Origin: Mobula hypostoma
Lineage: Eukaryota
NCBI RefSeq assembly: GCF_963921235.1
Contig: NC_086097.1
Coordinates: 47,308,001 to 47,368,000 of the forward strand
Direction of reading: 5' to 3'
Length of the DNA stretch: 60,000 nucleotides
This document shows, one piece after another, positions 26,118 through 38,493 of the stretch (within the stretch, counting starts at the first letter, position 1; each line of letters starts with the position of its first letter). The notes under the pieces were generated by a model. The model did not search any database and was not told the DNA's origin. It saw nothing but the letters and a program-made list of their open reading frames with translations. A program made the translations under genes and the position numbers.

Positions 26118-26455
26118 TTATCATCATCATGTGCCATATTGTGTGGCGTGGGTGCTCAGGGTCTCCATGACCATGATTCTTCCTGGCAAATGTTTCTACT
26201 GCCCTTCTTCTGGGCAGTGTCTTTACAAGACAAGTGATCGCCACCATTATCAATACTCTTCAGAGATTGTCTGCCTGCATCAGAGGTTGCATAGCCAGGA
26301 CTTATGATATGCACCAGCCGTTCATACGGCCATCCACCACCCTGATCGGGGGGCTAAGCAAGTGCTACACGTTGTCCAAGGCTGACCTGCAGGGAAGCAG
26401 AGGGAAGGAATGCCTTACCCTCCTTTGATAGAGACTTAACTCTGCACTGCCACAC
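26118..26455 (-). mobile_element. short retroposon (RTE-related SINE-like) inserted in Gypsy pol
   Basis: Interrupts pol between protease and RT; has an (ATG)n-type tail at ~26119-26130. Confidence 0.45.
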
Positions 26456-27502
26456 TTCCTTTGATTTCAGTTGACTCTGTTGCAGGGGATGTGGCATGCA
26501 AGTGGCCAATCATAGCCCCGCAATGCTGGCCCTTCTGGTTTTACCACATACAAGCCCCATGTGGCTTGTTGGTTGTTGTATTTCACTGTTACAAATGTCG
26601 TTCCCACCGGAGATAGCATTTCCCCAATATAAGTTTTTAGTTGGATATCTGCAGGCTTTAGTTCAGTATGTTGGAAATGCATTTCAAGTTCGTTTTGTGG
26701 AGTGACTGAAACAGCGGAGCCAGTGACCAATTCCATTTTAATTAATTCGCCGCTCACTTCTGGTTTAAGCCATATTGCTTGTCTCTTGTTAGTTATCACA
26801 TTGTAAATTTTAAGGCTATCCAGTCCTATGTCACTCTCATCATTGTCAGATTTTTCATCAGCAGCGTATAGATTAGTGCTTGTTTTGAAACTGCAACTTG
26901 ACTTTTTCTTTTTTTTTCCCTTCCCCAGCCAAGTTTGTGGATGTTGAAGATAGGTGGAGGGGCAGGTAGTGTTGAGGAAGCTGGGAGGCTGCAAAGGACT
27001 TGGGCAGATTAGGAGAATGGACAAAGAAGTGGCAGATCGAATACAGTGTATGGAAGTGTATGGTCATGAACTTTGGTAGAAGGAACAAAAGTGTGGACTA
27101 TTTTCTAAACAGGTAGAAAGTTTAAAAATCTGAGGTACAAGGGGACTTGGGAGTCCTCCTGCAGGATACCCTGAAGGTTAACTTGCAGGCGCAGGTGGTG
27201 GTGAGGACGACAAATGTAACTTTAGTATTAATTTCAAGAGGACCAGAATATAAAAGCAAGAATCTAATGATGAGGCTTCACTGGTGAGGCCTCACTTTGA
27301 ACTTCATGAGCAGTTTTGGACCTCTTATCTAAGAAGGGACGTGCTGATATTGGGAAGGGTTCAGAGGAAGTTCACGAGAATGTTTCCAGGAATGAAAGGA
27401 TGATTGTATGAGGTGTGTTTGATGGCTGTGGGTCTATACTCATTGGAACTTAGAAGAATTAGTTGGGGGGTTAATCTCATTGAAACCTATCAAATATTGA
27501 AG

Positions 27503-27641
27503 GCGCAAACACGAGGAATTCTGCAGATGCTGGAAATTCAAGCAACACACATCAAAGTTGCTGGTGAACGCAGCAGGTCAGGGAGCATCTCTAGGAAGAG
27601 GTACAGTCGACGTTTCAGGCCGAGACCCTTCATCAGGACGG
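27503..27641 (-). mobile_element. ~140-bp PLE-derived mini element inserted in CR1
   Basis: Near-identical to 1827-1920; starts exactly at the hammerhead. Confidence 0.85.
27604..27640 (-). ncRNA. minimal type I hammerhead ribozyme, intact core
   Basis: Minus strand: cgtc-CTGATGA-agg gtctcgg cct-GAAA-c-GTC-gactg; stem I reduced to gtc/gac. Confidence 0.7.
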
Positions 27642-27779
27642 ATATTGATAGAGGAGAGGTGAAGAGGCTGTTCCGATAGTGGGGGAAATCTCGGATCAGA
27701 GGGCTCAGCAGCAGAATAGAGGGATGTACGTTTAGAACGGATGGCAACAACGCCATAGCTTCATGTGTTGATACTTCTT

Positions 27780-29420
27780 GCTTTAAAATAAATACATTCT
27801 AAGTCATCCAACTGACTGCAATTATGCCCAACCTACTGCCTGTCCTTCCTCACAGATGACCTATCAATTTGGTTCCCTTTCAGATCAGTTTAAACCCTTC
27901 CCAAAAGCTCTAGCAAACCCGTCCGCAAGGACATTTCCCCCCTCAAGTTCAGGTGTAACCTGTCCATTTTGTACAAGTCATACCATCACCAGAAATCATC
28001 TACAAATCTGAAAGCCTTCCTTCTGTACTAATTCTTTAGCCACACATCCTATTTCTACCCTCATTAGCACATAGCACAGATAGGAATCCAGGGATTACTA
28101 CCCTTGCAGTCCAGCTTTTCAGCTTCCTACCTAGCCCCTTATATTCTCTTCTCAGAACCTCTTCCCTTTTCCTACCATGTCATTGTTACCAGTATGTACC
28201 ATGACTTCTGATGCTTAAGACCAGACATCCCACCTCTCCCAGAACTTCCGGGAGTCTCCCGCATATTAATAGTGGCTCCCTGATGCCCGCAAATTATATA
28301 CAATATCACGGAAATCAATTTTTTTTGAGAGCGAGCGAGAGAAAAGCAAGAGAGAGCATGAGAGCGACCACGAGAGAGAGAGCGCGAGAGCGAGCAAGAG
28401 CAGGCCGTGGCAGAGTGTTCCAAAAGAAATATAAAACGTACGTCACCCCAGATTACACTAAAGTGTACCCCTGCCTAATAGGGGTCAAAATAATGACAGT
28501 GTTGCTCGCTGCACTGTTTGCAACAGTGACTTTTCTATTGCCCATGGAGGGTTAAGATTGTAAAAGACATGTTGAGGTGAGTTTAACAGATGTCATTCGT
28601 TCATTAGCATAGCTAACATTATTTAAACTAGCTGGCCAGCTGCTAAGGAGCTACTCTATTGCAGACATCCCACCTCTCCCAGAAGTCTCCTGCAAATTGA
28701 TGCTGCTACCTCCCTGAAATGAGTTTTTGCAGGGTGGGATGTCTGTTAAGACTGCTGTGGACCCAGTATGAGACATCCCTGACCCTGGCACCTAGAAGGC
28801 AACATACCATCTGGGAGTTGCTCTCACTTCCATAAAATCTCTTGTCTGTTCCCCTAACTATTGAATCCCCAATCACGACCACTCTCCTCTTCTCCCCCTT
28901 CTCATCTGAGTCACAGAGCCAGACTCAGTGCCAGAGACCTAGTTGCTGTGGTTTTCCCCGATGGGTTGTCCCCCACAAGAGTATGTCTGTAATTGAGGGG
29001 AACAGTCACGGGGCGGGGGGGCACAGTGCACTGTTCACCTTTTCCCTTTGCCTCTCCTGACAGGCACACAGCTAGCTGCTCCCTGTAGATCCTATCTATA
29101 AATTCCTCATTCTCCTGAATGATCCATAGGTCACCCAGCTCCAGCTGCACTTCCCTCAAAGTTCTGTAAGGAGCTGCACCCAGATGCACCCTACAGATGA
29201 AGCATTCAAGGAGACTGGTTGTAGGCACACCACTGCTCTGGAATCCATTCTCGCTGCTCTAGCTAAGACACTAATAAAGAAAGAAAGAGAAATTTGACAG
29301 AAACCTCAGTCTAGTCTCTGCCTGCCTTGCTGTAGCTTCTTGAGCCAAACCCACTCTAATTCTAGCCCATCCCAATGATGGCCGCTCCACTTAAACCTAG
29401 CTCCTTTTTATTGGCTCTTG
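27780..29420 (-). mobile_element. CR1 5' region (ORF1 remnant), split by a MITE
   Basis: ORF 28911..29228 resembles CR1 ORF1 (LREVQLELGDLWIIQENEEFIDRIYRE..VPLNYR); tttaaacccttccc block like 52100. Confidence 0.65.
28222..28745. mobile_element. non-autonomous DNA transposon (MITE, possibly hAT-related)
   Basis: 13-bp TIR CAGACATCCCACC / GGTGGGATGTCTG; direct repeat TTAAGAC at 28215-28221 and 28746-28752; internal GA-rich microsatellite at ~28326-28400. Confidence 0.85.
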
Positions 29421-30061
29421 ACAAGTACATAATAACCCAAATGATCTCATGCTCTGCAGAAACTCCTGAAAGGCCCCGCTCACTTTTCAATTTTACTACT
29501 CTCCATAACTCATGATCTCAAACTCTGAATTTTACTTGATCTTAAATAAATTACAAAAAGAATGGAATAACTAGATTTAACATTTATGAATATTAGACAA
29601 TTCCGGTGCTAATGAAATTGTTGCAAAAAACAACTATTCTCAACACTGGTACCACACAAGACTTCATCCTTAGCCACCAACCCTATACCCTGTACTCCCC
29701 ATGACCGGATGGCCATATTCTGCTCCAGCTGCAACTGCAAGTTTGCAGATGATACTACCATAATGGGCCAAATCCAGAGTATGAAGGGAGATAGAGAGAC
29801 TAGTGACATGATACCATAACAATAACCTTCTTCTCAATGTCAGCAAAACTAAAGAGCTGGTCGCTGAATTCAGGAAAGGGGGTGGTGCACCAACTATCTC
29901 CTGTCTACATCACTGGTGCTGAGGTCGAGCAGGTTGAGAGCTTCAAGTTCACTGGAGTAAACACCACCACAAGCCTGGCCTGGTCCAGTTATGTCTATGC
30001 CACAGCCAAGAAAGCTCACCAGTTTCTCTACTTCCTCAGAAGGCTAAAGAAATTTGGCATG

Positions 30062-30905
30062 TTTTGGTATCAGTTTGTGATTATCATGTATACCAACATA
30101 CAGAGAGTAGCTTGCCTTACATACTGTTTATTCAGATCAAATCATTATACAGTGCATTGAGCTAGAACAAGGTAAAGTAATAACAATGCAGGATAAAGTG
30201 TAAAAGCTACTGGAAGAATTGCAGTGCAGGAAATGATGAAGTGCAGGATCATAATGGGATAGATTGTGATGCCAAGTGTCCGTCTTATCACACAAGGGGT
30301 CTGTGTAAGAGTCTGTAACATCTTATCACACAAGGGGTCTGTGTAAGAGTCTGTAACATCTTATCACACAAGGGGTCTGTGGAAGAGTCTGTAACAGTGG
30401 GCCAGAAGCTGTCCTTGAGCCTGGTGCTTTCAGGCTTTTGTATCTGATGGAAGAGGAGAGAAGAAAGGATGTCCAGGGTGATTGAGATCCTTGATTATAT
30501 TAGCTTTTGCTGCCACAGAAGTACAGTATAGACAGAGCCCATGAAGAGAGGCTGCTTCCTGTGATGTGCTGAGCTGTATTCACAACTCTCTACCAAGGCA
30601 GCGAGAAGTATACACAAAGTCAATGGAGGGAAGATGGATTTCTGTGATGTGCTGAGCTGTGTCCACAACTCTGCAGTTTCTTGTGGTCAAGAGCAGAGTA
30701 ATTGCGATACCAAGCCATTACACATCCTGTCAGAATGGTATATCAATAAAAATTGGTAAGAGTCAATGGGGGACGTGCTGAATTTCTTAAACCTCCTGAA
30801 GAAGTAGCGGCTTGGGGAGATTTCATGCCATGACATCAACGTGGTTGGATCAGGACGGGGTATTGGTGACGTACAGACCTAGGATCTTGAAGTTCTCAAC
30901 CCTCC
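30062..30905 (-). mobile_element. Rex1-type LINE 3' fragment, antisense
   Basis: aatttcttaaacctcctgaagaagtag is antisense YFFRRFKKF; antisense 3' UTR at ~30070-30280. Confidence 0.7.
30283..30396. repeat. 38-bp tandem repeat, 3 copies
   Basis: tcttatcacacaaggggtctgtgtaagagtctgtaaca x3, one substitution in copy 3. Confidence 0.95.
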
Positions 30906-31512
30906 CAACCTTTGTTCCCTTTGACTGTCACCAATTTTTATCAATGCACCTATCCAGATGCATCAGAGCTTGGCATGGCAACTGCTTTGTCCTTGACCAC
31001 AAGAAACTGCAGAGTTGTGGACACAGCTCAGCACATCACAGAAATCCATCTTCCTTCCATTGACTTTGTGTACACTTCTCGCTGCCCTGGTAAAGCAGCC
31101 AGTATAATCAAAGCCCCCACCCACCCTGGATATTCCCTCTTCTCCTTCTCCCATCTGGCAGAAGATACTTGTAACACCAGGTTCAAGGACTGTTTTGCTC
31201 CTGCTGTTATAAGACTATTGCTTGTTTCCTTAGAGTGATAGGAGTGCCTCTTGACCTCTCAATCCACCTTGTTATAATCTTGCACAGTATTTTCTACCCT
31301 GTTCCTGTTATTCTGCAATCTGTTATTGTTTCATCTTATACTGTATTACCTTAAAACACGATTATAGTGAAAAGATCTGTATGAACCGTAAGCAAGGCAA
31401 ACTTTTTACTGCATCTCAGTATGTCGCAATAATAAACAAATTTGACAATTGATTTGCCAATTAAATACTGTACAAGGAACAGTAAATGAAGATCTGAAAA
31501 CGAAGTAAATAT

Positions 31513-31579
31513 AAAAAATGCTTTTGTAGCACATCAACGCATTTTAAAAATGTATTGATGTGCTACAAAAGCATTTTTT
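31513..31579. repeat. palindrome with perfect 25-bp arms
   Basis: aaaaaatgcttttgtagcacatcaa (31513-31537) and its exact reverse complement (31555-31579). Confidence 0.95.
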
Positions 31580-32476
31580 TCTATTTTTAAATTTTTGACC
31601 AAAGGCAAACAAATATTTTATTCTTTGACTGGGTTTTCATTGAGGCTCCTAGTTCTCTTTGTTTTCATTTTGTATGGATCACTAATTTACATCTGTTGTA
31701 TATATTCTGGGTTTAGTCACCAGTTGATTCAAACTGATAGCTGTGACCTTGTTTCTTTCCAGCTACATACAACCAAAAAGTACTTTTTAAATTTATAGTT
31801 TACACAGATTGCGAGTGACAGGGTTGCTTAGTGTTAACGGGTGAGAACTCTTATGACAAAGGATTTCTGTAGGGTGGAAACAATCAGGGCTCATTAGCAA
31901 TTTTATTTCAGATTTTTAAACAGATGGTCGCCTTAACTAACATACAACTGTCTATTTGAATTATGCCCAATGAAGGTTTAGTTAAATTCCTTTTATTCTT
32001 CAATACTTTAGACTTAACTCCTTATAAATTGATGAATAATCCTCGTTTTCACACTTTTCCTCCAGTAAACTAAAATAGTAGGATTATCTCATTAGGCTTA
32101 GTTAAAACTCAATCTTTGGACATGTACAATTTTTAGCAAATTTCTTGAGAAACAGGGATGGCAATTTTACTTCTATACCGTATGCTTTTGCAATTAATTA
32201 GAATATATTTCGAGTAGCTATCAATTAAGTTAAATGAAATGGAAAAACAATCCTTCAGTAGATTTGGAAAGAATGGGGAAATATTTTACACTCTCATGTG
32301 TGTGTAAAGTGGCAAAATTGCCAATTCAGGGAATATGTGAAACCTGTTACTCTACTGCCACATTCTTTTATTGTAAGAAATAATGGGCTCTATGCTTAGG
32401 AAAAAATGATATCAAGAACAATTGTAATCATTTTGACAGAGAACTTCCTTGCCCAGGATAACAAGTATTATAAGGA

Positions 32477-32671
32477 ACACACACAAAATGCTGGAGGAAC
32501 TCAGCAGGCCAGGCATCATCTAATGAAAAAAGTACAGTCAACATTTCAGGCCAAAATCCTTTGGCAGTCCTGTTAATTTTTTCCATAGATACTGCCTGGT
32601 CTGCTGAGTTCCGCCAGCATTTTGTGTATGTTGCTTGGGATTTCCAACATCCGTATATTTTCTCTTGTCAA
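32477..32671. mobile_element. palindromic PLE-derived mini element (two opposed termini)
   Basis: acacacaaaatgctggaggaactcagcaggccaggca ... tgcctggtctgctgagttccgccagcattttgtgtatgt; 11-bp TSD TATTATAAGGA at 32466-32476 and 32672-32682. Confidence 0.85.
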
Positions 32672-33259
32672 TATTATAAGGAGATATTTATACATTTGTA
32701 TACAGTTTAGTTACATGTTCCTCAACTGAGCACATGCTAAAAGCATGCTGGGATAATTTGTTTCTCTTGCCCAAGTGCTTACTGCTGGTGCCCCAGTATA
32801 TCACAATGCATTCTACATAATAGTTGCTGAAAGATAGCTTCTTTTGCAACATTAATATTATGGCACAATTAATTATTAGTACCACACAGGAAAGAAAACA
32901 AATGACAAAATTCTACCAAATATTGCAGTGTAATCCTCAGTAACTTAAAGATTTAGCTTATGGAAAGAAAATAGTTTGTATTTGTATAGCATCTCAAAAA
33001 ATATCAAAATGTCCTTAAATATTTTATGGCCAATTAAGATACTGCTAAGGTACAGGTGATCACCATGTTCCAGCTAGACTAAAATTCCCCTTTCTAGAAT
33101 TTACAAATTATTGCCCAAAATCTGAGATGAGAAATAAAATTAGTTCTCATGGAATTTATGTTTTTAAATAAGTAAACAATTATTATTTTCAACTTGTGTT
33201 TCTTGACACAGCTTCATGTTACAGAAACTCATGATACAAACAAAATCTTGGAACACAGT

Positions 33260-33360
33260 AACACACACAAAATGCTGGAGGAACTCGGCAGGTCAGGCAG
33301 CGTCTATGGAAATGAGTAAACTGTCGACATTTTGGGCTGAGACTCTTCTTCAGGAAGACA
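33260..33360 (-). mobile_element. PLE terminus with degenerate hammerhead
   Basis: acacacacaaaatgctggaggaactcggcagg...gtcgacattttgggctgagactcttcttcagga. Confidence 0.75.
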
Positions 33361-33469
33361 GTTCTTCCACGATGCAGAGTTCACCTGTATAGAATTCGCC
33401 ATGTTTTATAGTATTGTTTAAAGGATAAACATGAACAATAATCCCCCTCCTTTTTACAAGCAGTGCTTT

Positions 33470-33832
33470 GGGGTCTGAGAGTCAGTGAGTCCGCTAGGGA
33501 AGTCTGGGCCCAGTGTCTGCAAAGCCTCGAGACTGCTGGAAGCTTAAGACAGTCTGTCCTGGGGTTAGAGGATTGTATACGTGCATGTGTTTCGGAGGGA
33601 AGCAGGAAAGGGGCTATTTTTGCTGTTGCTGCTTTGTCACTAGCTATGTTCTGTTTGGTTGTTTTCTGTGCTGTTCTGCTGAGTGTGGTGGGCATGCTAC
33701 GTTGGTGCTGAAATGTATGTCGACACTTGCGAGCTGCCCCTAGCAAACCCTCGGGTGTGTTGGTTGTTAACACAAACGGCGCATTTCACTGTTTGTTCCA
33801 GTGTACACGTGACAAATAAATCTGAATCTGAT
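33470..33832 (+). mobile_element. SINE/LINE 3' remnant
   Basis: Ends gcatttcactgt...gtgacaaataaatctgaatctga, a tandem-tailed retroposon end. Confidence 0.5.
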
Positions 33833-36795
33833 TGATGAGATTGTTGCATTCTTATCTGCAGAGTGGAACCACTGACAGGACAGCACTGTCTTAGCCAGAT
33901 CATTAGATAAGGACAACCCTATAAACTGATGCAGCCATTAGGGAATGTTAGTGAACATCCCATCTTTAGGTATCTACCTGTAATGATTGCTGATTGTACT
34001 GCACCTTCCCTATGTCCATCCAGCAGGTAGCAGTAAACTGGAGTGACCAAACTTGCAAAGTGTTTCTCCCATTCAAGAATTCAGTTAGAATGAATGACTA
34101 GTTCCACCGCTCTTTGATCTGGGTAGAGCCTGTTACACTTTAGCACAGGGGTAAAATCAGTCTGCATATGACCTAGAGTTACAAGTTGTGTTTGCACCTG
34201 TTAATGAACACCATCGCTGCTGTAAATGAGCCACTTAAATGTTTATTTGACACATCGCACTCCTCAATTTCAAACTATATTTTCCTGCAGATATAAATGT
34301 CAGGAACCTATTAGTAAAATCTCATGGTTTTCATTCATATTCCCAAACTGATGAATATTTAAGCAGATTGTGGGCAGGTTGGTTGTAGAAGGATGAGTTT
34401 GCATTGCAATCTCGGATATCCTGCTTCCAGTGACATGGCTGGTGAATTACTTCACACCATTCACTGCGGGTCCTCTATGGAGCAGCTCCTGCGACGTGAC
34501 TGCTTTGTTACAGGAGCAGCTGCAATGCTGTGAGTGAAAATCCCTGCTCGTATAATGGCAATGCAGGCATTGCAGTAAAGCACTAAATTTAACAATCGAG
34601 CTCCAATGTGAGCATTGCTGCTGAGGTCTCCAATATTTTCATTTGTTTTTAGGGTCTGGGAATTTCTGGCAAGGTCACAGACCCTTCGAGGGATCTGGCT
34701 GGGAAATTACTACACTGTCGGCCTTCTGCTGACAGTACTTCCACACTACTGCTGAGTGGGGTTCACAGGTTGTAAACCCAGCTTATAGTGAAGGAATGGA
34801 GATGTATTTTTGGTGTGATTTGGTGGAGAGCTTGCAGTGATAGTGTCCTATTCACCTTGAAGCTTTTGTGCTATTTGCTGATTGAAGTTATGGGTTTGAA
34901 AGGTCCTGTTTGCAATACTAAGTAAACAACTGCAGTCATTTTATAGATGATAAACTCAGCAGCCAGCGGTGGGGGAAGTGAACGCTGCTGCAGGGAACTA
35001 TTAAGCCCACTCAATGCATTTAAAGAAGGCTTTTAAATGTCAATTATAAACTCCAGTTTCAAAACATAGTAACATCAATAGCTGAGAAAGAAGCAAATAT
35101 GTTTTGTGCTTAGGGACCAGCTGAGAAGAAATTCCAATGCACTTAAGTTTCCCTATTACACAGACATTCCTCCTCATGGGAAGGTATGACAGTTTAGGTT
35201 TTACAGTGATGCGCTGCAGGAAGAAATAAATCTGCAGTAGTCTGAGTAAAGGGTAGATACAGCATTGCTATTGATTGCAGTTAACAAGGATTCCTTAACT
35301 CTCTCTCTTGGGTTGTTACTAGCATTTCATTCACAATCTTAAAATAACTAGATTATATTTTGCATTGTGTAATTTCAATGAGAATTACTTATAGCTACTC
35401 AATATAGAAATAGCAAAAGTTACAACAAAGTGCAAAGAAAATATATAATTAAACTAATTAACCAGTAATCCTTCAATCTTCTTGATGTCATTTACTCCAT
35501 ATTATACAAGATTTTATAGTTCTTGCATCTCACTACATTTTAGAAGCACATGAATCTTTTATCATTTCTAACATAAAACTTAAAAAAGAATTAATGTTTT
35601 TTTTTATCCCCCAAATTTCTCTACAAATAAGTTGTAGGGTAACCTTCTGGGTGTGACTTCACTGGAGCTTGTGATATCTTTATAGCCATGTGGACAAATT
35701 TAAAGTCGTACTGTATTCCTTTCTATCTGGATGTTGACGGGATGAGGGAGGAGAGGTAGTAAAATTCAGGTTATGGTGAATCAGTAGACAATAAAATTGA
35801 AAATCAGACTCAGAAATAAGTGGTTGCTCATCCATTGCTGTCAGATTAGTACATACATGCTTTGTGAAGTATCAGTCTAATTTTGGAACAGCAAAATCCA
35901 CTAATTGCAGAGAAGACTTCTTGCACTTGTAATTTAAATGTTGTTCAAGTACAAAGTCTGTAATTCACTGACTTTTAATTTACTCCATATATGTTTTCAG
36001 TTTTTCAATGGAAGTGAGGTAAAGTAGTAATTTTATTTTGTAATGAAAAGCTTTATTTAAGGTATCTTTTAGCTGATACAAAATCCTATGTAGATTTTTT
36101 TAAGCGTTCTTCTTGAGCAAGGCTGGATTTATTATTGATTCCTAATAATTTAAAGGTCAATGATACTTTTTTTTATGACTATAGCATGGTAGGGAACTTT
36201 AGAGGACATTAGGGGTCAACCACACACCACAGAAGTGGAGCCATTTGTAAGACAGACCTCATTAGTAAAAGCTCGGTTCTCTCCCTCGAGACAAAGTAGT
36301 GAATCAGATGAGGTAGCAACATGAATGACACCTCCTCCATCTTTGTAATACTGTCTAAAAATGATAATAAAATATTATCAATAATACAATGAGAGCTAAA
36401 GTATTGTATACTACTAGATTTTGAGTTACGGATTTCTTTTGGAAATATAAATTTTAAACAGCTAAATACAAATTATATCTGTGAGATTATTGCATGTGTA
36501 TACTGAAGCTGAGCAAATATGACACTATGTGTGATATGTCTATGAATATTTGTCAACTTTGTTCATTTGAAAATTCAATTTCACTTTTGGGGATTTAAAA
36601 ATGTAAGCATAAAATTGTGGGTTTTAATGCAAGATAAATCTTCCACTTTAAAAAAAACTTTATTCTCAGTTTATTCAAGGCCAACTTCAATTTGTTAAAT
36701 GTAATAAAATAAAAAATGCAGATCAGCTTTAATCTTTAAAGTAGTAAAGCAGTGAAAGTCAGCTTCTGCAGAATAACCTCTATTGAATTTTCCAT

Positions 36796-36809
36796 GTTGC
36801 TATGGCGAT
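36796..36809. promoter_or_regulatory. RFX X-box-like motif
   Basis: GTTGCTATGGCGAT with nearby catagca and atagcaa half-sites. Confidence 0.4.
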
Positions 36810-38121
36810 GCATAGCACAGGTTTCACCAATAGCAATGACAGATAAGTGGTGGAATGGTGATGTCATGCCAACATTTGAATGACACTGTGCCCTCTATCA
36901 CGGACAATGGATTGCAGCACACACATTTTTAATGATTGCCTTGCCTTTCCTATAGGCAAAATGTCAACTACAAAGTGACCCAACATCCATCTTGAAGCTT
37001 GGTGGATTATTTGAAACTGAAGAATAGAACTATCAATCAGAAAAAGTAACATTTACAATATATTAGAATTGGAAAAATACAACATAGGTCCTTTCTCATC
37101 AACTAATCCTCAGGAGAATTCTTACTTAATATTCTAACCTTTTCCCTCTAAGGAGGGAAGCTAAGACTAGGAAAAGCTGGTTATAAAAGTTTCCTTAGCC
37201 TGAGAGCACTAACACATTACCAAGTTTCTTTTCTAAAATAAACACCACTATCTAAGACTCTCTGCATCACAACCAGCACTTGCTGACACAGCAGCTAAAT
37301 TGACCTGCAGATTCTTTTTCTGAAACTTGGCACATAATTATATAAGCCCCCTCTGATGACTTTTATACTGTTTAATATTTATTAATAAGATAGATTAATG
37401 TTCAAAGATTATCTTAAAAATCCTCTATGCACAGAAATAATCGATTATTTGGTATTTATTTTTTTTAAAGTCTTTCCTCCTTGCCAATCCCTCCACCTAA
37501 ACTCCCACCTATACAATCTTCAAGACTAAACAGGTTTGGAGATGAGATGAAACTCATGCCCTTATTGACCCAAAGATTAAAATGTGGCTTAGATTTCAAG
37601 TTCTTTTTGCAAGGTACTGATTTAGTTAGCACAAACAAGCTATTGGCAGTGTAACAATAAACAATCTAAATAAGGGTTTCGAGTCAGCAGGATGTTGTTT
37701 GGGTGAAGGCTGTCAAGTAAGGTTTAAATTAGAGCGTACAGCCTTTTTGGTAATTTGAGAAAACTTAGTCAGAGGTTGGTGCTTGGTCTACAGAAAAAGA
37801 AATTATTTGCAGAGACCCTTTGCTCTGGTTCTTTCAACAATTTTGTAAAGTGCATCTCTAAAAGTCAGTTGAAATAATTGGATATGTGCATACAAAGATA
37901 TCCTAAATTGTTGGAAGGCTCCTCATTAATGTTTACTGCAGTCCTTTGTGTTTTCAGTCATGGTTCCCACAACGTTCAGTTACACAGCTCCAGGCACAAT
38001 ATAATGACTTTTTGTTTTCCACAAGTTACCCGCAATTGCAAAGATTTCAAGGGGGCATTGATTGCCTTGTCGCTTCACTAAATGGAGACTAGGCAAAGTG
38101 GGACATAAGCCACATGTGATG

Positions 38122-38135
38122 GTTACCATGGAGAT
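38122..38135. promoter_or_regulatory. RFX X-box-like motif next to an E-box
   Basis: GTTACCATGGAGAT preceded by CACATGTG at 38111-38118. Confidence 0.4.
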
Positions 38136-38493
38136 TCCGCCCATTAAGGCTCGTGAGAAGAATAGCTATAGAAAGCTGTGCCGTACATTAGAGACCAAAT
38201 AAATTGAAGTTTTGCTGGTGTTGCTGCGAGACCATAAGTATGTGCGCAGATAAAGGATTATAAATGATGTCCCTGTCATGTAGAAAATGGGCATTTCTCA
38301 GCACAAAAGATTCCAGGATAAATTTCAGAAACTTTGATCTTAGCAACAATTCTTGAATTAGAATAATAGATTTTGTTAGTGGGATTGGATGGTTTGCCAT
38401 GCACAATGCTTTACCCCTTTAATTTTGTATATGAAATCTAGCACTGCGATGATAAATAACGTCTGAAATAAATGGATCATTTGTTAGTGTTAT

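Larger units (their letters stand above)
23914..26925 (-). mobile_element. Gypsy LTR retrotransposon, 5'-truncated and decayed (PR-RT-RH-IN, PPT, 3' LTR)
   Basis: Protease-like MELVTGSAVSV (ORF 26467..27024), YLDD at ~25612-25625, NADGLS and CLMWGLRAVVP (ORF 24558..25052), polypurine tract at ~24127-24145. Confidence 0.88.
26926..27745 (+). mobile_element. CR1 RT C-terminal fragment
   Basis: gccaagtttgtggatg..aagataggtggaggggcaggtagtg and downstream sequence parallel 51130-51800. Confidence 0.85.
29625..31450 (+). mobile_element. Rex1-type LINE 3' part, interrupted by an opposite-strand relative
   Basis: CKFADDTTIMG at ~29735, KKAHQFLYFLRRLKKFG in ORF 29837..30160; resumes at ~30910. Confidence 0.8.

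Noticed and set aside
30283..30396. 38-bp repeats resembling a CRISPR array
   Set aside because: Head-to-tail copies with no spacers, inside a LINE fragment in eukaryotic DNA; simple tandem duplication.
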